From: a virus
Lineage: Duplodnaviria > Caudoviricetes
Length of the DNA stretch: 35,193 nt
Reading direction: 5' to 3' (one strand)
Virus record (IMG/VR): IMGVR_UViG_3300048819_000127
Coordinates: 1-35,193 of that record
Below are positions 1 through 8,800 of the stretch, piece by piece. Positions within the stretch are counted from its first letter, which is position 1; each line of letters begins with the position of its first letter. Position numbers and translations under genes: made by a program. The notes under the pieces are model-generated. The model searched no databases. It was not told where the DNA came from and saw only the letters and a list, made by a program, of their open reading frames with translations.

Positions 1-10
1 GTGCGCGCTG

Positions 11-604
11 ATGTCGCCGCAGACTAACATCTCCTACAACGGCATTCAGGGCCAGCCTGGGCAGGCCTTCGACGCTGAGGTCTCCAACCGAGACGTCGTG
101 TCGGTCATGGCGGCCGTCAACATCCCCTTTGGCGTCGCGTGCGAGTTCAACTCGAGCGGCCTCGCTGTCCCGATGAAGGACTCTACGACGGGCGGCTCGT
201 TCGTCCCGCAGTTCATCGGCGTGTCGATGATCGACCCGCTCGGCGTCGAAGAGAACTACGTCACCTTCCCGGTCCCTGCGGCGACCACCGGCTCGACATC
301 CTCGGGCTGGCTCGCGGGCATGCTCGTACCCTTCATGCGACGCGGTCGCATCTGGGTGCTCACCGACGGCGGCGGGACCTTCCTGCAGTACGGCGCGATC
401 AACGTCAACCACTCGTCCACTGGAGCGCACGCGCAGGGCGTCTTCACGTACACCGCGGTCCAGTCGACCGCCGGTAACGAGATCGACATCTGCCCGAATT
501 GCACCGTGTGGAACCCGTCCCTCATCGGCGGAGTCACCGGGCCGACGTTCACCGATTCGTTCGGTAACACCTTCAACACGCTTGTTGTGGAGATCAACCT
601 CTGA
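11..604 (+). CDS. Capsid cement/decoration protein
   Basis: Sits directly upstream of the major capsid gene with a TGATG overlap; IPFGVA and RGRIWV motifs are typical of cement proteins in DUF2184-capsid phages; strong C/G third-position bias. Confidence 0.65.
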   Translation: MSPQTNISYNGIQGQPGQAFDAEVSNRDVVSVMAAVNIPFGVACEFNSSGLAVPMKDSTTGGSFVPQFIGVSMIDPLGVEENYVTFPVPAATTGSTSSGWLAGMLVPFMRRGRIWVLTDGGGTFLQYGAINVNHSSTGAHAQGVFTYTAVQSTAGNEIDICPNCTVWNPSLIGGVTGPTFTDSFGNTFNTLVVEINL

Positions 605-1920
605 TGTTCCGATCCGTTGGATTCCAAGCAACCGAAGCCTCCATCATCGGCTACGGCACAGGCATGTTCGGCGGTGGTCGCGGCGGCCACGGCCTCCGGT
701 TCGACTCCTCCATGGCCGGCAACCCGTACCATATGGATTGCGTCGCAGACGTAGTCATCCGGTCCGATAACCGCCACGAATTGCTCGAGTCTCTCGCGCA
801 GGACCATCTGCGTAAGCAGGGCCTGCGCCAGGACGCCGGACTGACAGCCGCGTTTGCTCGTCAGCTCGAGCACATCATGGTCAAGGTCTACGAGGCCAGG
901 TACCAGAAGTACAGAGCTCGCGAGTTCTTCCCGGTCAACTCGGAAGTAGACCCCGGGGCTCTCTCGTTCACCTACCGCATGACCGAGCGCACGGGCGCTG
1001 CCGCACTCATCAACGCCGGCAACGCCAAGGATCTGCCGAACGCAGACGTGGCCGCGTTCGAAAACCAGGCGCCGATCGTCACACTCGGAGCCTCGTACAA
1101 CTTCTCGGTCATCAACCAGCTCTCTGGCGCGATGGCCAACATCCCGATCGAGGCCATGAAGGCCGCTGCGGCGCGCAAAAACATCGAAGCTCTCGAAGAG
1201 ACCATCTTCTGCGTGGGCTCGCCCAACGCTGGCGTCTCGGGCGTGACCAACGTCCCCGGTATCGTCGCGACCACCAAGGTCTCGTCTGGCGGTACCTGGT
1301 TCAACCAGTACCTCTCCAACGCGGGCACCTCTGCCTTCACGTCGACGCTCGTGACCTCAATCGCGTCCGACATCAACGCGATGATCACTCAGATCATCAG
1401 CCAGTCGTACGGAGAGTTCACCCCGACCGACTGCCTCCTCCCGGTCAACCTTTGGACGCTCCTCAAGGCCGTCCCGCAGTCGACCACCTTCAATTCGAAG
1501 TCGCTCCTCACCTTCCTCGAAGAGATGACCGGGCTCCACTTCGACTACTGGCCCGCGCTCAGCACCGCCGGTTCATCGGCTGGCTCGCCCGCGAAGCTTG
1601 CGGCGGTCAACTCGGTCACCAACCCCGCGCTCTCTGGCCGGATCCTGGTGTACGACCGTGACCCCGAGGTCATGCAGCTCATTCAGGCGCAGCCGTTCAC
1701 TCAGTTGGCCCCTCAGGACGTCGGGCTTACATGGCTGGTAAATACTTACAGTCGCATAGGTGGTGCGATGTCCCCGCAGCCCCTCGGCATAAGCTATATG
1801 GACGGTTGTGCCGAGAGTGACTCCTGCTACTCGATCGACGCTTTCTATGATGGTGGCACCGTTTCAGCAGTGGGAAGCGCGTGGTCTCGACGCGATGAGT
1901 TCAACTCTACCGGCTTCTGA
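604..1920 (+). CDS. Major capsid protein, DUF2184/HK97-fold type
   Basis: Motifs DAxxxAAFARQLEHI, FFPVNSEVDPGA-SFTY, DLPNADV, R.LVYDRDP and SRIGG...PLGISYMDG; highly biased codons; has an N-terminal leader and a 36-aa C-terminal extension. Confidence 0.9.
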   Translation: MFRSVGFQATEASIIGYGTGMFGGGRGGHGLRFDSSMAGNPYHMDCVADVVIRSDNRHELLESLAQDHLRKQGLRQDAGLTAAFARQLEHIMVKVYEARYQKYRAREFFPVNSEVDPGALSFTYRMTERTGAAALINAGNAKDLPNADVAAFENQAPIVTLGASYNFSVINQLSGAMANIPIEAMKAAAARKNIEALEETIFCVGSPNAGVSGVTNVPGIVATTKVSSGGTWFNQYLSNAGTSAFTSTLVTSIASDINAMITQIISQSYGEFTPTDCLLPVNLWTLLKAVPQSTTFNSKSLLTFLEEMTGLHFDYWPALSTAGSSAGSPAKLAAVNSVTNPALSGRILVYDRDPEVMQLIQAQPFTQLAPQDVGLTWLVNTYSRIGGAMSPQPLGISYMDGCAESDSCYSIDAFYDGGTVSAVGSAWSRRDEFNSTGF

Positions 1921-1959
1921 GAACGCTTGAAGCGAGTCTCATGTGGCTATCATGGCCAC

Positions 1960-2903
1960 ATGAGCTGGACCATCTACTGCGTGACGCACGTAGCATCTGG
2001 GCGCAGATATATCGGTCAGACCAAGCTTTCGGCCGCTCGTCGCTGGAAGGGGCACGTCTCGGCGGCCAGCCGCGGTCCAAGAAGGACTTACTTTCTTGCC
2101 GCCATCCGAAAGCATGGCGTAGAGGCGTTCTCGCACGAGGTGTTGGATATCTGCGAAACACAGGCCGGCGCCGACGCATCAGAACGACACTGGATAGCCC
2201 ATCACCGCACACTCGAGATGACATATAGCCAGGCGGAGTGGGAGACGGAACCGTGTTTCGGCAGACGCCCGACAGACGCCAGCGCCAATCCGCAGCGAAA
2301 GCGGCGGGCTATGCCGCAGATCCGACTCTCGCCATGCGCATCGCCGCCGCCAACCGAAGGACGAAGGCCCCACTCGTCGCTGCAAGGCTCGCTCGCGAGA
2401 CCATCACCTGTGCGGTGCACGGAGAACTGCAGAAGGCCGAGTGCTACGAGCATCGACGCCAAGGTCGTCCAACCAACTGGGAGTGCCGCGCATGCGCAGC
2501 GGGGCGAGAGTCGCCGCCGCCGCGCCCAGACTCGCCCGAGTGCAAGGCTGCCATCAAGGCGGGCCGCCGCGCGGGGGCCATCGCTAGGGCGGCGGAGCGG
2601 ACGCACTTCGACTGCAAGGTGCACGGCCAGGTCCTGCTCTCGGAGTGCTTCGGTCGGAAGGCGAAGAACGGACTGGTGAAGTATTGCTGCAAGGTTTGCA
2701 ACCTTGCGAAGCAGAAGGCGGACCGTGCGAAGCGTGCGAGGACTGGCGTCGCTGAGATGCTACGCCCGCACTCGCTTTACGGGTGCCCACCAGACTGCAA
2801 CGACCCCGAGTGCCAAGCCGACGAAGCGGTCGACCGATTCAAGGCGCGTCGTGCCCACGCCAGAGACGAGGAGCGCAGCCTAGCCAAGTACGATCGCGGG
2901 TAG
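1960..2903 (+). pseudogene. GIY-YIG homing endonuclease, frameshifted
   Basis: MSWTIYCVTH...RRYIGQTK...RRWKGH...E..WI catalytic domain starts at ATG 1960. Near 2227 the frame breaks where the paralogue at 9318 reads GFNVMPGG; the GxN motif is missing and PGGVGDG continues in the frame of 2238..2903, which has CxxHG...CxxC zinc-finger repeats. Confidence 0.75.
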
Positions 2904-2944
2904 GGCCTCGACGCTTCGACGCTCGTTACGGCTACCTTCCCCGT

Positions 2945-3226
2945 ATGGCAAAGTACGCGAACGGAGAGACCGTAGTTTACACGTCGAATTGGGTACCTAC
3001 GGCGGCGTCTTCGGTGGGCGTACCGTACACACAGACGGCGGCGATCCTGTGCACTGGCGCGGGCACGTTGGTGGCGACGATGCTGGGCACGGTGGGGCTT
3101 GATGCGGCGGCGGGCGCGGCCAGTTTGAACATCCCGATGGCGGTGAACCAGGTGCTGCCGCTCTGTGTGACGGGGATCAAAAGCACCAGCACGGGCAGCT
3201 ACGTCGCATTCTATGGCGACGCCTAG
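2945..3226 (+). CDS. Small head spike-base-like protein (resembles RcGTA Rcc01079 family)
   Basis: AILCTGAGTLVATM...QVLPLCVTGIKSTST..YVAFY pattern; start reassigned to ATG 2945, 6 nt after a TACCTT box. Confidence 0.6.
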   Translation: MAKYANGETVVYTSNWVPTAASSVGVPYTQTAAILCTGAGTLVATMLGTVGLDAAAGAASLNIPMAVNQVLPLCVTGIKSTSTGSYVAFYGDA

Positions 3227-3407
3227 GACGCTCTGCCGAGCAGCGTCATGGCTCCTGTTCCTGCCGATCCTCAGTGCATGTGGTGAGACGCTCCGCGGCA
3301 CTGATGCAGGCGAGTGCCCATCCGGATACGTCGAGGTAAAGGGTCGCGATCTCTGCCTGCAGTGCGAGACGCCCGATTGCTCGTACGTCGACGGGGGTGA
3401 GGAGTGA
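3213..3407 (+). CDS. Small Cys-rich lipoprotein
   Basis: Hydrophobic stretch plus LSAC lipobox; TDAG and VDGG motifs; overlaps both neighbouring genes. Confidence 0.55.
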   Translation: MATPRTLCRAASWLLFLPILSACGETLRGTDAGECPSGYVEVKGRDLCLQCETPDCSYVDGGEE

Positions 3408-3928
3408 CGGATGCTCCCAAGCCAGGCCGCGTAGCCAATCTACTCGCCTCGATCAAGCAAGGGACTCCAGACGCCGCGAGCTCGGATGCGGGCCCGTCGC
3501 CGACATTCGAGCGCCCACCCGCGTTCGTGGTCGAGCAAGACTACAGGACGGGCAAGCTCACTGTCTATCGTCCTGGCCATCACTGGGACTCGGTCTCATT
3601 CATGGTGAACGAAACCGTGGTGGACACGGAGACGCGGACATCGTTCTACCCGAAAGCGAGTCAAGACTTCCGCCGAGAGGTGTTGGCCATCTGGGGGCCG
3701 GGGGGCCCACGCACGACCACGAAGAAAGTGCTCAAGTGCAACGCGTGCGGGACCAAGGTCCTAGACGCTGACGATCTCGAGTGCGGGTGTAGCCGTGCGC
3801 GTCGCGACGAGGCTGGCACTGCCCTCGTGCAGGCAGATAGGTTTGACGAGGCGGTCGACTTCGACGGGTCGCTTCTGCCGCTTGGCCGTAGGCCGAATGC
3901 GGGGCACGGGGATCCGTTTCGGTTTTAG
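3404..3928 (+). CDS. Hypothetical protein with CxxC...CxC motif
   Basis: GTGA overlap with upstream ORF, GAGGA upstream, typical codon bias; CNAC...ECGC motif. Confidence 0.6.
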   Translation: MTDAPKPGRVANLLASIKQGTPDAASSDAGPSPTFERPPAFVVEQDYRTGKLTVYRPGHHWDSVSFMVNETVVDTETRTSFYPKASQDFRREVLAIWGPGGPRTTTKKVLKCNACGTKVLDADDLECGCSRARRDEAGTALVQADRFDEAVDFDGSLLPLGRRPNAGHGDPFRF

Positions 3929-4005
3929 GTCGATCTCGATGTCGGGCTCGAACATCGCTGCGCACGTGGGGGCGGCATGTGCGCCGTCAGCTATCTTTCC
4001 ACCAC

Positions 4006-4455
4006 ATGGGAAAGCACGACCAGCCGAACGCACCGAAGGAAGCCGAAATCGTGACCAGCGCGCCTCCCGAGCCCACTCCTCCCCCGCCCACGCCTCCCGA
4101 GGACGAGCCAAAGAAGCCGACGCCTCCCGCCGGCATGAGCGCCTTCAAGGCGCTGCTCTCGAAGCCGGTAGCCAAGGGCGACCCGCCCATGCGGAGCATC
4201 CAGGCGGCGATGCTGGCGGTTTTCGCGACCGAGCAGCCTGAGCTCATGATTGAGGCCATGGACGACGACGAGGTGCGCCTGTGGGCGGTGCGTTACCGCA
4301 CGTCGAACCCACGCGCCTGGCACGCAGCCATGACTGGCAACGTCATCCAGTTCGCGCAGTACACGAACCAGGTGCCGAGTGAGACGATCGCCAGGTACCA
4401 GCAACGGACGAGCGAGCTGATGTCGGTCGCTTTTTCGTTCCGCCCCACCGGGTGA
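4006..4455 (+). CDS. Hypothetical protein with Pro-rich N-terminus
   Basis: ATG 4006 lies 8 nt after a TATCTT box; strong codon bias. Confidence 0.7.
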   Translation: MGKHDQPNAPKEAEIVTSAPPEPTPPPPTPPEDEPKKPTPPAGMSAFKALLSKPVAKGDPPMRSIQAAMLAVFATEQPELMIEAMDDDEVRLWAVRYRTSNPRAWHAAMTGNVIQFAQYTNQVPSETIARYQQRTSELMSVAFSFRPTG

Positions 4456-4460
4456 GTGAT

Positions 4461-4508
4461 TGCGGAGTAGAGCAGCTGGTAGCTCGTCGAATCCCACCAC
4501 CCAGACCA
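4461..4508 (+). pseudogene. Chimeric tRNA remnant (5' part tRNA-fMet-like, 3' part of a different tRNA)
   Basis: TGCGGAG-TA-GAGC-AGCTGGTA-GCTC-GTCG gives an acceptor strand and D arm; it joins TCGAAT-CCCAC-CACCCAG-A-CCA (T-loop end, T stem, acceptor, CCA). The anticodon arm is absent. Confidence 0.7.
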
Positions 4509-4523
4509 CGGTACCTTTGAGGA

Positions 4524-5132
4524 GTGACCCCGTCCACATTCCTCAAGCTCTTTCCGGAGTTCAACCGGACCTCGCCGAACATTGTGTCCGCGAGGCTCAT
4601 GCTCGCCGAGGTGGAGATGGGCGGACCGGACTTCTCCGTGTGGCCCGCGTTCGCTACTTCGGACCCGAACACTGGGCAGGCGAACCAGCCGCTCTCCATC
4701 ACGGACCTGGCACACGGATATCTGACCGCGCATTTGCTCCAGACGTCGCCTATGGGAGCTCCCACGCGGCTCGCTCCGGAGGGCACTGACGGGCGGAGTT
4801 CGTACCTGGACAGGTTCGAAGCGCTGTGTCGCGCGGTGGCTTGTGGGCCGCTCGTGGCCGGCACTAATGCCACGTCTACCGCGACAGGTCTCTTCGGACA
4901 GCTCTCGTTCAATGCTGGTCTAGGCAAGGTCGCACTTGTAAACGGCTCTACCCAGATCACGTTCTCGCTAGTGCAGACGCTGCCGGTCGGGACGCTCTTC
5001 GTGTTCGTCGGCGCTCAGCCTGGCGTCATCTACACTCTGAGCGCGAACATGAGTGGCCTCTACGGCGTGCTCACGTCGCAGTACACGGGGGTCTCGAACC
5101 CCTCGAGCGCGTGGAACCTGGGGGCATTCTGA
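4524..5132 (+). CDS. Head-tail adaptor (DUF4054-like) with added C-terminal module
   Basis: FLKLFPEF...AHGYLTAHLL...SSYLDRF pattern; located between head and neck genes. Confidence 0.75.
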   Translation: MTPSTFLKLFPEFNRTSPNIVSARLMLAEVEMGGPDFSVWPAFATSDPNTGQANQPLSITDLAHGYLTAHLLQTSPMGAPTRLAPEGTDGRSSYLDRFEALCRAVACGPLVAGTNATSTATGLFGQLSFNAGLGKVALVNGSTQITFSLVQTLPVGTLFVFVGAQPGVIYTLSANMSGLYGVLTSQYTGVSNPSSAWNLGAF

Positions 5133-5642
5133 ATGGCTGGCAAGGTTACGATCACGGACACGGACCGAGGGTACAAGGCCTTGATGGCCAGACTGTACAA
5201 GGCCTCTGGCGGTCCCCCGTCGGTGCGGGTGGGCATCATGGCGCAGGACGCTGACACGGCGTACGTGCGGAAGGCAGACCGGGCTGCCAACTCAAACGCG
5301 GTGGAGTCCGCGGTCACGCTCCTTCAGGTGGCCATATTCAATGAGTTCGGGACCAGCCGCATTCCCGCGCGCTCGTTTCTGCGCGCGTGGGTCGACGAGA
5401 ACGAGGAGACCATTCGTGAGAAATTCTTCATCCTGATGAAGTCGGTGGTGAAGGGCGAGCGCACGAAAGAGCAGATCCTTGACCTGATCGGGCTGTGGGC
5501 CGTGGGACAGATTCAGGAACGCATCTCGGCCGGTATCGAGCCAGGGAACGCGCAAAGCACCATGGATCGTAAGGTCTCGTCAAAGCCTCTCATAGATACA
5601 GGCCTTTTGCGCTCTTCGATAAGCCACATGGTCGACTCTTGA
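5133..5642 (+). CDS. Neck/tail-completion protein (virion morphogenesis family)
   Basis: VRVGI...A.FNEFGTSRIPARSFLR...NAQST..RK.SSKPLIDTG.LR.SI signature. Confidence 0.8.
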   Translation: MAGKVTITDTDRGYKALMARLYKASGGPPSVRVGIMAQDADTAYVRKADRAANSNAVESAVTLLQVAIFNEFGTSRIPARSFLRAWVDENEETIREKFFILMKSVVKGERTKEQILDLIGLWAVGQIQERISAGIEPGNAQSTMDRKVSSKPLIDTGLLRSSISHMVDS

Positions 5643-6199
5643 ACGGGCGAGACCTACCGCAGGCCAGGTTCCCGAAGGCGCAGTTCCTCAGCATCTTGCG
5701 GGCAGCTTCGGGTGTCAGCGTGGCGTGGATCACGGACGCGGCTGCGCAGCAAGGGGACGAGCCTGGGAGCGAGTGGGCGTGGCTGGAAGTTGGCATCTCC
5801 AACATCATCGACATCGGGTGGGACGAGCAGCGCGTCCAGCCTAACGACACGACCGTCCCGGCCACCCAAGATGTGATCGTCATTGGACGGCGCCAGTGCA
5901 CGCTGAACGTGATGGCGTACTCGGAGGATCCGAACGAGCTCGAGGCGATCGACTTGTGCGAACGGATCCGGTTCGCATTCAACCGGCAGGACATCCACGA
6001 TCTGATGGTGCCAAATATTTCGCTACGGTGGTGCGAGAAGGTCGTGCCGCTGCCGAACTCGAAGATGAATGGTCGGGATCAGCTGCGCGCGAACATGGAC
6101 ATTCAGATCAATTACAGCATCGGCGTAGACGTCGGAAATGCAGGCCCGAGGAACTACGTGCTCGACGCTGGTACGGCGACAGGCACCCTAGAGCCTTAG
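5639..6199 (+). CDS. Tail terminator / neck protein
   Basis: TTGA overlap with the neck gene; position before the sheath; size and C-terminal RANMDIQINY pattern fit. Confidence 0.65.
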   Translation: MNGRDLPQARFPKAQFLSILRAASGVSVAWITDAAAQQGDEPGSEWAWLEVGISNIIDIGWDEQRVQPNDTTVPATQDVIVIGRRQCTLNVMAYSEDPNELEAIDLCERIRFAFNRQDIHDLMVPNISLRWCEKVVPLPNSKMNGRDQLRANMDIQINYSIGVDVGNAGPRNYVLDAGTATGTLEP

Positions 6200-6396
6200 G
6201 GGATCCGGCATGTTCGCCACTGTCCGGTAATGCCAGCGCCGTCGACACCAGCCGCACCGCCCTCCGAAGCAGGACGAACCCCAAGCGAGTCGCAACCGTC
6301 CTTCGACCGCCAAGCGCGCCCCGTCTTGGCCCATGTCGCGCAGGCCTCAAGCTGACAGAGGAGAACGAAGAGTAGGAGCACGTTACGCTTGCCCAT
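6196..6396 (-). CDS. Small putative exported/lipoprotein (moron)
   Basis: MGKRNVLLLFVLLCQLEAC signal-like N-terminus; overlaps the upstream minus-strand gene; fills the gap between terminator and sheath genes. Confidence 0.4.
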   Translation of the reverse strand: MGKRNVLLLFVLLCQLEACATWAKTGRAWRSKDGCDSLGVRPASEGGAAGVDGAGITGQWRTCRIP

Positions 6397-6607
6397 CGCC
6401 GGTCACGGTGGGCCCTGCCTTACGAGGGCCAGGCTTGCGCCCCGTGGGTTTCCAGTCCTTGCCATCACGCGTTTTACGACAGGCGCGGCAAAACCTTTTG
6501 CCTCGATACATGTACGTGTTCGCCTCGTCATACGGATGTCCGGAGGGGCAAGACTGGATGCGTGACTCCCAGTGTTCAGCTCCGCTTGGTACGTTTCGTC
6601 CCGCCAC
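6383..6607 (-). CDS. Stand-alone zinc-finger protein (C-terminal DNA-binding module of phage HNH endonucleases)
   Basis: CPSGHPYDEANTYMYRGKRFCRAC motif; GTG at 6607 is 6 nt after a minus-strand GCTATCTT box; no HNH core. Confidence 0.65.
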   Translation of the reverse strand: MAGRNVPSGAEHWESRIQSCPSGHPYDEANTYMYRGKRFCRACRKTRDGKDWKPTGRKPGPRKAGPTVTGDGQA

Positions 6608-6663
6608 GAAGCAAAGATAGCCGGCGAGCCTATCCACACGACGTGCCCCGCTATCTTTTCGCC

Positions 6664-6684
6664 ATGATCGGAGCGGCAGCGTGA
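6664..6684 (+). other. Leaderless six-codon uORF (MIGAAA*) coupled to the sheath start
   Basis: ATG 6 nt after TATCTT (6652-6657); its TGA (6682-6684) overlaps the sheath GTG (6681-6683). Confidence 0.4.
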
Positions 6685-8789
6685 GCGACCTCAACACTTT
6701 CGTAGAGTCGAGCACAACGATCTCGAGCGCGAGTTCGCCGACGGTCCAGAGCCTCAACGTCGGGCTCTTCGCGTGCTACCACAACCACTACGCCGCGCGC
6801 GTCAAACTGTACCCGACGTCATCGGTGCTCACGGAGCTGGTGACCGATGGGTTCTCGACATCGTCACCCGCCTACAAGGCGGCGACGGTCTACGCGGATG
6901 CCCCCAACGCGCCCGCTCAGTTTGCCATCGGCCGTCGAGCTCTGCCTCCCACGCAGACACTGCAGCTGACGTGCACCGACGGGACCGTGGGCGATCAGTA
7001 CTCGTTCACCGTAGTCGGCTCAGACGGCAAGTCGCACTCTATTTCATACACGAACGTGGCGAACCAGGGCCCGATCCTTGGGGTCGCAGGCTCCTCGCTG
7101 ACGGGCAACGCGACCCTTGTCCCTGGCTCTGCCACGGTCACGTTTGCTTCCGCGCAGACGCTTACGGCGGGCAGCCTCCTGCAGTTCTCTACGCAAGTGG
7201 GGTCGGCCTACACGGTATTGGCATCGACCACAGCGAGCACCACGGCGACCCTCACGTCCCCATGGACAGGGGCCGCGACGTCGACGGCGACCACCAAGGT
7301 GGGGGACACGTCAGTCTGTGTTGCAGGTTCGGCAAGCATCACCTTCGGTGTGGCACAGTCGATTGCGGTGGGTGCGATCCTACAGTTCACCGGACAGCCT
7401 GGGGTTTTCTACGCGCTGTCTGCCGCGGTTGTATCTTCGACTGCGGGCACCCTCTCCACCAATTTCAACGGTACCTCTGGTACGTACCCGACGACGGTCG
7501 TCCTCCCTCTCTCAGGTACGCTCGATGCCATTCTGGGCAGTTCGATCGTAGCGACGACATCATCGCAGGTAGCCGCAGTCTCGCCAGGCGATTCGCTGAT
7601 GTTCATCAGCCAGCTCGGGACCACGTACACGGTAGCCTCCGTCACGTCCACGGCGATAACCCTCACGACTCCGTACACGGGGCCTACAGCGGGCACGACG
7701 CACGCATCGGACATGTGCCAGGTCTCGACGGCAGCGACCAACCTCACGTATCAGCTGGACCTCCTGTCCAACATCGGAACGGTTTCGATCGTCGCCAACG
7801 CCGCGAGCTTCAACGTCATCGTGCAGATCCAGCAGGTCGCTGGACTCCTGAACGACATCCAGTCGTGGCGCTCCGGGGGGTTCACGGGACAGAACACGTT
7901 CGGCGTGGGCGGCACACTGCTCCTGCAGGATACCACTGCGGACCCTGGGCTCGCGTCAGACCTGACCGCGATGGTCGCTGCGAACGGTCTCGCGTTTTTT
8001 GGGATCATGCTCGACTCGAACTCGGCTGCGGAGGTAGAAGCCGCCGCCAGCTTCATCGAGGCGCAACAGGGCGCCAAGTTCGGATTCTTCAACAACTCGG
8101 ACTACGGCAACTGCTCGGTCACGGTCACCACCGACCTGTTCTCCGAGCTCCAGGGCCTGAGCTACAAGCAGAGCCTCGTTCAGCAGAATAACCAGCAGCT
8201 CCTTTGCTACGCCGGCTCAGCGACGTGCGGCCAGCTCCTGGCGATGAACCCCGGCAGCTACACCGCGACCTACAAGGCGCTCCCTGGCGTTCCCGCAGAC
8301 AACGACACGACGCTGAACGCGACCGAGCGGTCTGCGCTCAACACGATGACGGCCAGCGACCCTGGCACCGGCGGCAAAAACGGAAACTACTACGTCAACG
8401 CGGACAACGTGTTCACCGTGTGGCCAGGCTCGACCCCAAGCGGCCAGTTCTGCGACCTCAGTATCGGGGTCGACGCGCTCAACCCAGCGATCCAGGTCGC
8501 GCTGGTCGAGACGCTGGCGAGCCTGCCGAAAGTACCGCTCGACAATTTCGGGATCGGTCTCTTGGGCGATGCCGTGACTGGTGTCCTCAATCTGTACGCG
8601 TCCCCTGCCTACAATTTCATTCTGCCCAGTGGTGCAGACCCCACGCGTCCCCTCGTGGTCAACGTACCAGACGTGTCCGACCTCACGCCTGCACAGCGGG
8701 CCTCGCGGAATATCAGCGGGATCACGTGGAGCGCCGGCATCCAGGGCGCGATCGAAACCGCAACCGTTGCCGGCGAATTGCTCCCCTGA
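6681..8789 (+). CDS. Tail sheath protein (DUF3383-like) with three inserted repeat modules
   Basis: DGFSTSSPAYKAA...IGRR N-terminus; PGSYTATYKALPGV, NGNYY, SGQFCD, KVP.DN.G and GAI..ATVAG C-terminal motifs; precedes the tube gene. Confidence 0.85.
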   Translation: MSDLNTFVESSTTISSASSPTVQSLNVGLFACYHNHYAARVKLYPTSSVLTELVTDGFSTSSPAYKAATVYADAPNAPAQFAIGRRALPPTQTLQLTCTDGTVGDQYSFTVVGSDGKSHSISYTNVANQGPILGVAGSSLTGNATLVPGSATVTFASAQTLTAGSLLQFSTQVGSAYTVLASTTASTTATLTSPWTGAATSTATTKVGDTSVCVAGSASITFGVAQSIAVGAILQFTGQPGVFYALSAAVVSSTAGTLSTNFNGTSGTYPTTVVLPLSGTLDAILGSSIVATTSSQVAAVSPGDSLMFISQLGTTYTVASVTSTAITLTTPYTGPTAGTTHASDMCQVSTAATNLTYQLDLLSNIGTVSIVANAASFNVIVQIQQVAGLLNDIQSWRSGGFTGQNTFGVGGTLLLQDTTADPGLASDLTAMVAANGLAFFGIMLDSNSAAEVEAAASFIEAQQGAKFGFFNNSDYGNCSVTVTTDLFSELQGLSYKQSLVQQNNQQLLCYAGSATCGQLLAMNPGSYTATYKALPGVPADNDTTLNATERSALNTMTASDPGTGGKNGNYYVNADNVFTVWPGSTPSGQFCDLSIGVDALNPAIQVALVETLASLPKVPLDNFGIGLLGDAVTGVLNLYASPAYNFILPSGADPTRPLVVNVPDVSDLTPAQRASRNISGITWSAGIQGAIETATVAGELLP

Positions 8790-8800
8790 GGCTCTAGACC

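Noticed and set aside
1801-2940. Group I intron carrying the GIY-YIG gene inside the capsid gene
   Set aside because: The capsid's conserved C-terminal motif is complete before the insertion; I see no downstream exon or P7 core.
3938-3984. Two adjacent hairpins in the 3929-4005 intergenic gap
   Set aside because: Pairing is plausible but there is no U-tract or recognisable RNA family; not enough to call a feature.
6773-8191. 472-aa alternative-frame ORF inside the sheath gene, and many similar overlapping ORFs
   Set aside because: Arg/His/Gly-rich shadow frames expected in high-GC coding DNA; no motifs or start signals.
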